Source: an uncultured Methanomassiliicoccales archaeon (GTDB lineage: Archaea > Thermoplasmatota > Thermoplasmata > RBG-16-68-12 > EA-27). From it: DNA of 64,000 bases. Where the stretch lies: the NCBI GenBank assembly GCA_964396265.1, contig CAYNEM010000006.1:60789-124788 (forward strand), written 5' to 3'. Made by a program: the position numbers and the translations under genes. The notes under the pieces are model-generated. The model was not told the origin of the DNA, did no database searches, and saw only the letters and a list, made by a program, of their open reading frames with translations. Below are positions 46,301 through 53,500 of this stretch, one piece after another (within the stretch, counting starts at the first letter, position 1; each line of letters opens with the position of its first letter).

Positions 46301-49300
46301 GTCGATGTAGACGGGGGTGCCCGTGTCCTCGAGGCTCAGGACGAGACCCTCATGGAGGGACGTCGCGGGGAACGCCGCGCGGACCTCGAGGACGTTCGAC
46401 GTGTGGAACGTCTCGCCGACCGTGTTCAGCTCGTCGCGGAAGAACGCGGGAGCGGGGAACGGGTCGACCCCGACCCAGCGCGACCACTCGATCGTCCAGT
46501 CGTACGCACGCAGCGCGTACGAGTAGTTCGTCTTGAACTGCGTCCCTTGGTGTTCGACGAGCCGTCCCAGGTCTGCGTACGCGGTCACCTTCACGAGCTC
46601 CGCGTTCGCCCAAAGGCCCGCGATGGGTGGAGAGACCCGGATGCCGGTAAACGTCGTGCCGTCGACCTTCCATACTCCCGTCCCGTTCACCCAGAGGGCG
46701 ATGTCGCCGTTGGGCTGGTACGCGTCCCTGCGCGTCGCGTTGGCATGCACGTACTGGCCGATCTTCCGATAGGCGACCGCGTCGAGGTTCGTGGAGATCG
46801 CGGCCGTGCCGTGGTTCCTCAGAGTGAGCGCGAGCGGCGAGACACCCCCCGCATACAGGAGTCGCGTGAAGGCGGCGTGCGTGTTCCCTCGGTACGCGCC
46901 GGGATGCCACATCGGCGGCGTCACCTCGAGGCCTGCATCCGCGGTCCCCGCCGCGAGCCGCACGGAGCGCGAGACGTTGAGATATCCCGACCCTTGAGTG
47001 AGGACGTCGTGGCCTGCGTCGTCCGCGCCCGACAGGAGGAGCGACCGTACCTCCGAGACCGTCGGCGTGCGATTATTCGCCGCCGTGAACGCCTCGTACA
47101 CGAGGGCCGCGGCCCCCGCAACGACCGCAGCAGAGACGTCGGAGCCGATCATCGCTGCGGAGGTTACCGCCGAGCTCCCGTCCCCGGCGGCGTGGAGGGG
47201 GATCGCGAGGGTCGCGGTGTCCGCCGCCAGGAGCTCCGGCTTCACGAACCCTTGCGCGCTCGGGCCCCGCGACCCGGGGATTGCCGGGGCCCTCGCATGG
47301 GGGTTCGGCCCCTCGGGCCCGCCGGTCAGCAACGACTGCATCGTGAAGTCGCCCGCACGGCCGGCGGCGAGCACGTTCGGTCCGGAGGCGGGCGAGGCGA
47401 CCGTCCCGTACCCGAAGCCGTAGTCCCCCGCGCTCGCCACGAAGACCGCCCGTCCCCCGGAGTAGGTCGTGGACAGATAGTCGGCGGTGCGGGACGAGAC
47501 GTCCCAGCCGTCGTTGTGGACCGTCGGGAAGTTGAAGGCGCTCACGACCACGTGCGCGTCGTCGGTCGTCCCGACGGTGGCATCGTACCCCTCGACCGCG
47601 AACGTCCACGACTCCACCACGTCGCTCAGACCGTTCATGATCGTGATGAGCCGGCTCGCGTCGGCCAAGCCCGTGAGCGGCGTCGGAAGCCTTCCCTGCG
47701 CGACGATCGCGCTCGCGATCCGCGTCCCGTGCTCCGACTTCGCGCCGGTGATCGCGTCCACGCCGAAGTCCCCGGCGAGCGCGACGAGGTCGCCCGCCCC
47801 GGGGATGCGCATCAGGAGCCCCTCCGCAGCTTTCCGAGACAAGAGCCGTGCGGAGTACGGGACGGGGTTCACACCGTCTGCGATGAAATACACCATGCCC
47901 GCGGACACGTCCGGATACCCGTCCTGCCCCGGCAGCCCAGTGGTCGCGTTGTACGAGTCGAGCGCCGCGATCGGGCTCGCACGCGATGCGAAGACGTCCG
48001 TCGGGTCGAACACCTTGTCGTCGTTCATGTCGAAATAGACGCGGTCGTACTCGCTCGCGTTCGCCGTGTCCACGACGAGGAGGCCGAGGGCCCCGAACTC
48101 CCTCTGCACGGTCGGCGCGGGGTGGAAACCGAAATGGAATACTCCGGAGGCGCTCGTGAGCCCGGCGATCGAGTACTGCTCGATCTCCCGCCAGACCCAG
48201 GCGCTCAGGCTCACCCAGCCCGGGGTGAAGTCGAGGTTCTGGAAATCGACGTTCTGGTCCGAGGGCACGGTGTCCTGCGCACGGGACCCGGTCTCGTGCA
48301 TGGAGAAGAGGGTCGCGGACACCCCGGACGGATCGCCGAGCAGGGCCCGCGGGATCGAGAACTCGTTGAACAGCTGCTCGCCGAACTGGAACGCCGCTTG
48401 GGTGCCGCCCACGCCGAGCAGCGGGGAGGGCTCCCAAGCCCCCGAGGTCGCGTTCCACGCGTACCAGGTGCCAAACTCCATCCCGTGCACGTACTTGTTC
48501 TCCCGGTCCTCGTAGCGGCTGAACCCGTGCGCGAGGAGGGCGTAGTCCGGTCGGTGCGCGACGAACGTGCGGATGTACGCCCCGCCGGATGTCCACGACT
48601 TGGCGGTGAGGTCCCCGCCGCCCGTCGCGACCTCCCCGAGGACGGACCAGTGCACCGCGTACAGAGCGCCCGGCTGCGGGGTCTGGCGCACGAATGCGCC
48701 GCTGGCGTCGTACACGAGGAACGAGGGGGAGATGGAGGGCGAGAGGCCCTGCGTGGCCACGACGAACTGCGCGCCGCTCGGCGACCAGTCCGCCGCCAGG
48801 ACCCAGCTCTGGGCCTCGGGAAGCGTCGCAAGCAGGAGGGGGGCCGGGGGCGTCATGTCCCACAGTTTGGCGGTGTCGTCCCGCGCGCCGGTCACGAGCC
48901 GCGCCCCCGAAGGAGACCACGAGACCTCGACCACGGGCTGCGAGTGAGAGGAGGCGGTCTTGAGCGGGGTCGCGCGGACGACGGGCGTCGTGGGCTGCAC
49001 GTTCGTCCCGTTCAGCGAATAGACGACCGCGTTGTTCGTCCCGAGCGCGACCGCGATCTGGTCCGGCGCGCCCGGGCGGAACGCCACCGCATTGACCTCC
49101 GTGTTCTCGGCCCAAAGCGTGCCGAACTTCGTGCCCGTCGCGACGTCGAAGAAGTGCACGAACTTGAACGTGCTCGCGGCGATCCACGTGCCGTTCGGGC
49201 TGAAGGCGAGGATGCCGTTCTCGCTGATCGCCACGTCCCCGAAGGGCACGTACTGGATCTGGCGGACCAGACCACCCGTGGCCGCATCCCAGAGGCGCAG

Positions 49301-50314
49301 GAAGTCTTTGTCCGCGCTCGCGACCTTCGTGCCATCGGGGGACCATGCGACGCTGAGGGGCTCGCTCGCGTGGCCTGACATCGTATGGAGCACGGCGCCA
49401 GTCCGGTCCCAGAGGCGGACGAGGCGGTCTCCCGCCACGGTCGCGAGCTTCGACCCGTCGGGGGACCATGCGACGTCGTTCACGCGGTCCGCGTGCGACG
49501 CGTTCGTGTCGACGGTCGCGCCGCCCGGGGCCACGTACGCCCCGCTCGTCTCGTTGTCCACGTCGAACAGCACGACGAACGAGGCGTTCTGATCGCGCAG
49601 ATAGGCGGGATATCCCACGTACCAGTTGTCGTCGTCGCGCGTGATGGACAGCGTCGTGAGGTCCCAGTCCGCCTTGTCGCCGCCGGGCGCGCCGGCGCTG
49701 TTGTCCCGCGGGTCCGTGGCCCACCGCTCGCGGTCCCCGAAGTCGTTCGTACCGTCAACACGGATCGTGTGCGTGACGTCGAAGGGACCCGCGCCCGTCC
49801 TCGTCGTGTTTGCGAAGTACGTCGTGTCCGCGAAGCCCGTGCGGAGGTACGTCGTGAGGGACCGTGGATCGTAGACGATCGGCCAGCCGAAGTACGTCGA
49901 GTTCGGGTCCGTCACCACCGCCTGCGTGCCCTGGAGGTCGAGGTGCCCGAAGTCCAGACCCTCGTCGACGACCGCGACGCGCACGCCGGAACCCCGGTAT
50001 CCTAGGGACCACGCATCGTCGAATCCGTGGTTCGTGACGACGTTCGAGAGCAACGGCTGAGGCCCGACGGGCCCTTCCAAGGGCTGCGGGTAGCGAGAGG
50101 AAGGGTATTCCGCCAGGGGATCCGCCTCCGCGACGGGCTTGGCGGCGGAATCGGGGGCGATCGGGACGTCGCCTCCGGACTGGGGGACATCGGTCGCCGG
50201 CGGCATCTCCGCTGCAGCGCGGGGGGCGATGGGATAGCCCGCGAGGATCGAAAGGGCCAGAACCGCCACGAGGGCGACGGCTGAGACCCTCTGGCGGGGG
50301 TACCTCCTCCCCAT
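43319..50314 (-). CDS. giant (2331 aa) cell-surface protein: S8 subtilase-like domain interrupted by WD40 propeller, many beta-rich domains, C-terminal TM anchor and SHOCT-like tail
   Basis: Signal peptide. Subtilase Asp box AWSLGYRGSGVRVAVVDEGLDFGHLDL. About 700 aa with WD40 repeats (WSPDGSKLATVAGDRLVRLWD..). His box SEHGTRIASAIVAQG. An atypical Ser region (IGSDVSAAVVAGAAALV). TM (LAVVGIFLGVLLGFVL). C-terminal LRTAYKEGRISKEAYEQNLRKM (SHOCT-like). Confidence 0.8.
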   Translation of the reverse strand: MGRRYPRQRVSAVALVAVLALSILAGYPIAPRAAAEMPPATDVPQSGGDVPIAPDSAAKPVAEADPLAEYPSSRYPQPLEGPVGPQPLLSNVVTNHGFDDAWSLGYRGSGVRVAVVDEGLDFGHLDLQGTQAVVTDPNSTYFGWPIVYDPRSLTTYLRTGFADTTYFANTTRTGAGPFDVTHTIRVDGTNDFGDRERWATDPRDNSAGAPGGDKADWDLTTLSITRDDDNWYVGYPAYLRDQNASFVVLFDVDNETSGAYVAPGGATVDTNASHADRVNDVAWSPDGSKLATVAGDRLVRLWDRTGAVLHTMSGHASEPLSVAWSPDGTKVASADKDFLRLWDAATGGLVRQIQYVPFGDVAISENGILAFSPNGTWIAASTFKFVHFFDVATGTKFGTLWAENTEVNAVAFRPGAPDQIAVALGTNNAVVYSLNGTNVQPTTPVVRATPLKTASSHSQPVVEVSWSPSGARLVTGARDDTAKLWDMTPPAPLLLATLPEAQSWVLAADWSPSGAQFVVATQGLSPSISPSFLVYDASGAFVRQTPQPGALYAVHWSVLGEVATGGGDLTAKSWTSGGAYIRTFVAHRPDYALLAHGFSRYEDRENKYVHGMEFGTWYAWNATSGAWEPSPLLGVGGTQAAFQFGEQLFNEFSIPRALLGDPSGVSATLFSMHETGSRAQDTVPSDQNVDFQNLDFTPGWVSLSAWVWREIEQYSIAGLTSASGVFHFGFHPAPTVQREFGALGLLVVDTANASEYDRVYFDMNDDKVFDPTDVFASRASPIAALDSYNATTGLPGQDGYPDVSAGMVYFIADGVNPVPYSARLLSRKAAEGLLMRIPGAGDLVALAGDFGVDAITGAKSEHGTRIASAIVAQGRLPTPLTGLADASRLITIMNGLSDVVESWTFAVEGYDATVGTTDDAHVVVSAFNFPTVHNDGWDVSSRTADYLSTTYSGGRAVFVASAGDYGFGYGTVASPASGPNVLAAGRAGDFTMQSLLTGGPEGPNPHARAPAIPGSRGPSAQGFVKPELLAADTATLAIPLHAAGDGSSAVTSAAMIGSDVSAAVVAGAAALVYEAFTAANNRTPTVSEVRSLLLSGADDAGHDVLTQGSGYLNVSRSVRLAAGTADAGLEVTPPMWHPGAYRGNTHAAFTRLLYAGGVSPLALTLRNHGTAAISTNLDAVAYRKIGQYVHANATRRDAYQPNGDIALWVNGTGVWKVDGTTFTGIRVSPPIAGLWANAELVKVTAYADLGRLVEHQGTQFKTNYSYALRAYDWTIEWSRWVGVDPFPAPAFFRDELNTVGETFHTSNVLEVRAAFPATSLHEGLVLSLEDTGTPVYIDGLAWTFVIEFFDRAPWAWVSLSQGTANVLGNSSQVITATMTVPPTAALGSYEGAILVRDTTNGVTTTIPVLANVGSRAPSLTFGGDLASTALYDNHRVFGGYDKTLASGTRLRNPHMGDWRFFFFEIPDQGLFAAPAGLRVIVRTAWQDAPSDVDTFAFNRASGDAATQGSATTYGPFPLRQVAKSEELDKPEFRTLTGGGEEVVAYDLSPGLNVIAVRAFALRGLEANATLTVGQAGWVSAPTSLDVVTRALVGRETFPFLSNMNFPALRASAVGPATTTAFADLEIPQDVQTWWNFPGWGEWMFRASFSYIFTVEKALILEVHIAGQSDVEDLDMAVFRDGNANGIIDPEEYLVIDCQPVAPGLCQGGSLWNYNADGDAEERVTWVAPADGQYIVKVLGFTVPGGIGHFDMDVAVTLDTGTGYQVPEAPRPAEIVNGTESGLAAYASVTLSVTWDFPNDTVDAPYGGAVLLGLPTAPGVVVIPVSVTLDRAAPSIVSFQVAALGGNLNRADNRTTDDRAPYLIVSLEDPDLGQLDRDSVQFLLDGVDVSSRTIVSILYTTRANRFALWEGTATYSPSAVLSEGTHTVDAWVGDRAGNLANATFTFVVDDTVPILTFSTPDLVYTTLDTHAVVGATEPFASYRVRGNWTQTDATGAFSETVALENGTNSVIVSSTDWFDQDGAGNRIPGNPTSHVISIVRDLVAPEIPRFTTEVFATGETQVFVTGLVRDALSGVEPADPRTLVVEINGNAATVGADGSFREVVTLGVEGTNTITAIVRDPAGNQVTATTSAVRDTSDPTMTFAPLPPARTESRIVRIAGTTEPGAFVTVNGINVAAPGGAFETNVTLGYGTNTVVVVARDAVGNVDEQRFTIVVVAPAGTSALLLPAGLAVVGIFLGVLLGFVLPRYGIRVPGLPTRKQKEPIEDVGTPEGENAEPTGAAEAPPEAMRDVDRVTRLRTAYKEGRISKEAYEQNLRKMRDAEKAEDTNEESL

Positions 50315-50337
50315 GACATCGCGCGATGCTGCCGCCG

Positions 50338-50432
50338 TTATTTATATTGATGCCCGGAGCGTCGGGATCGTGCCCTTATCACCGAGCGCTCTGATTATTA
50401 TCCAGTACAATGAATTAATATAGACGCCACCT
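50338..50432. promoter_or_regulatory. AT-rich divergent promoter region between the two giant peptidase genes (TATA-like AATATAAATA for the minus gene; TTAATATAG for the plus gene)
   Basis: A 222-bp intergenic region, markedly AT-rich. TATA-like boxes lie about 30 nt from the minus-gene ATG and about 115 nt upstream of the plus-gene ATG. The plus gene has the SD-like GGAGTGGGG. Confidence 0.5.
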
Positions 50433-50536
50433 TCGAAAGGGAGGGACAAGGTGCGGGTCTGGGGAACTTTGAAATACCCCGGCCCTCTTAGCCGAGATTC
50501 GGGACAGGGTTTCGGGCTAGCCAGGGGAGTGGGGTC

Positions 50537-53500
50537 ATGCGTTTCGTCCGCTTTGCCGGTGTCGTCGCAATTGCAATCGCTTTCGTCGTGATCACGTCGC
50601 CGATCCGGGCAGGACCGGTCGCGGACGCGATGGGCTCGGGGGGCCCGGTCGTGGTCGTCGATTCGTACCGGATGGACCCGGGAGCACTGGTCGCTTCCGG
50701 GGCGAAGATCCTCGTCGACTACGATAACGGGTACCTCCTCATGCGCCTCCCACGGGCGAGCGCGAGCTTCTTGAGCGCCCTTCCGGGGGTCGACCCGCTC
50801 GAGGGGCGGACGCAGATCGACCTCTTCTTCTCCGGAATCGACTTCGACACCGCCGTCGCCGAGCCCGCGTTCACAGGGGGCATGGACGCCCCGACGGACG
50901 GGGCGTACCTCCTGCAGTTCCTCGGTCCCATCCGGAGCGAGTGGCTCGCGGACCTCGAACGGCAGGGCTTGGTGTTCGACCAGTACCTCGCGAACTATGC
51001 CTTCGTCGTCCGGGGCACGCCCGCGGCAATCGGGGCCGCGAAAGCCTCGCCCTTCGTCTCGTGGGTCGGCCCGTACCGTGCCGGGTACAAGATGTCGGCG
51101 GACCTCCTCGAGCACGAGGGCCTCGTCGACCTGTTCGTCGTCGGCTTTGGCGGCGTCGATGCGATGGTCCTCGCCCAGCACGTCGGGGCGACGGGCGCGG
51201 GCGTCGAGTCCATGTGGCCGTCCCCGGCCACCGTCCTCGCCCGGGCCCCCGCGTCCCTCCTGCTCGACCTCGCGAAGCTCCCGGACGTCCTCTACATCGA
51301 GGAGCGTTTCCCGTTCGTCACGATGGACCGGATCGCGGGTCAGATCCACAAGTACCACCCCGCGTGGGACACGAGCCGCAGCGGTCTCACGTCGAAACTC
51401 ACGGGCCGCTCCCCGGGCCCGGACAATACCATGTACAATTCGGACGATTACTTCGAGGGCGCGGGCATCCTCGACACCGGCTTCGACGAGGGGGACCCGA
51501 ACGACGGCACCCCCGACTTCTTTGACAGCCCGAACGGGGACCGCGTCACCCGCCTCTTCCGACACACGGGGCCCACTTTGGACGGCAGGTGCGGGTCCGC
51601 GCACGGGACCCACGTGGCGGGGATCATCGCCGCGGACGGGTACTCATGGGAGCGAGATCTGATCGAGGACTCCGGAGACACTTCGGTCTCCGTGACGGAC
51701 CAGGAGTGGCACAAGTCCGAAGCCGGCGTCGCGCCGGAGGCGAAGATCTCCCTGGACGGCACGCAGAACGGGAACGACGTCTTCTGCAGCGCGGGGCTCG
51801 CCGCGAGCCCCGCGTACTGGGACTGCCAGTACCTCAACGGCTACATCACGGTCACGCTCACCGCTGGCGTCAGCTCCGCGATCTGCGGGGCGCCATGGAT
51901 CGACGGCGTGAACGTCGTTACGCATAATTCCGCGATCGGTACGGGCGCGCGGGCTTGGTTCGCGCTCCACAGCAACAGCTGGGGCAGCGGCTCGCGGACG
52001 TACGGCGCCACCGCGGGCGGCGCAGATGGCCGGACCAACTCGGCCCCGGAGAGGCTCATCGTATTCGCCGCCGGGAACGACGGGCCCGACGCGAACTCGG
52101 TCAGCGGCGAGGCGCTCCTCAAGAACGGCCTCTCCGTCGCCGCCGGGCAGAACTTCCGCCCGGAGCAGTTCGAGTCGGACAACCCGAACCTCTTGGCGAG
52201 CTTCAGCAGCCGGGGCGGCCCCGGGGAGAGCAGCGGCCGGATCAAGCCGGATATCGTCGGCATCGGCACGTCCGTTGTCGCGCTCTTCGCGAGGGGCGAG
52301 ACCCTCTCCACGGGCTTCACGGCGGGTGCGGATCTCATCAACGAGGTCGACAAATATTGCAGCATCCCGAAGACCTACTGCTCGGGGGGCGACGCAATCG
52401 CGGACTACCGGTACCTCCAGGGCACGAGCATGGCGGCGCCCCACGTGACGGGCGGCGCCCTCCTCGTCCGCGAGTACCTCCGGGAGGTCGTGGCAGGTAA
52501 CAACCCCGCCTCCCCGTACTTCAACCCACCCTCGCAGCTCGTGAAGGCGATGCTGATCAACGGCGCGGTCCGCATGGACCAGAACCTGTACGCGTATCCC
52601 GGATACGACCAGGGGTGGGGGCGCATGGACCTCGAGCAGTCCCTGTTCCCGCCGGTCCCGCGGACGAACCAGATCGACATCGGGGAGTTCACGAGCACGG
52701 GCTCGTGGTCGCCCTCGAGCATGAACCTCAACGTCGTCGGGAACGACGTGCCCGTGAAGGTCACGCTCGTGTGGATTGACGCGACCGGGGACGCGCTGTC
52801 GCGGAACCTGAACCTCGTGGTGCGTTCCCCGAGCGGCGCCGAGTACCATGGGAACCGTTATCTGAACGGGTGGTCGAACCCCAGCGACGCCGCGTACGAT
52901 GGGATCAACAACGTGGAGCAGGTCGAGGTTCAGACCCCGGAAATCGGCACATGGACCGTCGAGGTCCGCGGGGTGACGATCCCGACCGCCGCCAAATTCG
53001 CGCTCGTGTTCTCCGCGAACATCGGCCCGCAGTCGACGTACAAGGTGGACCTGAGCACGACATATTCCACGACCGTGAGCCTCGCGCCTCTGGGGTCCGC
53101 CGAGATCCCGCTGACGACCCTGAACTACGGCACGGGCCCGGACCAGGTGCAGCTGTCGTCCGGGGCCCCGGCCGGCCTGACGGTCACCTTCTGGCCGAGC
53201 AACGCGATCAACCTCGGGAGCGCGCAGTCCGCGAACGTCCTCGCGAACTTCACCGCCAGCGTCGCAATCACCCCCGGGATCTACGAATTCGACCTCCGCG
53301 CGCGGAGCGCGAACGATCCGAGCCCGACGCCCGCATCGGACTTCATCGCGGTGCGCGTCGAGGTGCTCAGCACCCCGCTGCCGTTCCCCCTCCAAGTCAC
53401 GAACGGGCCTGTCGACGAACTCGACCCGTCCGTCCTCGTCTTCGAGGACCCGCCGGGCAGCCGCCACATCTTCATCGCATACCGCAAGACCGCGCAGGTC

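Noticed and set aside
43286-49378. 2030-aa ORF on the + strand, antisense to the giant surface protein gene
   Set aside because: Extremely R/G/A/D-rich, low-complexity translation typical of antisense frames in GC-rich DNA. The opposite strand has strong domain evidence (S8 boxes, WD40).
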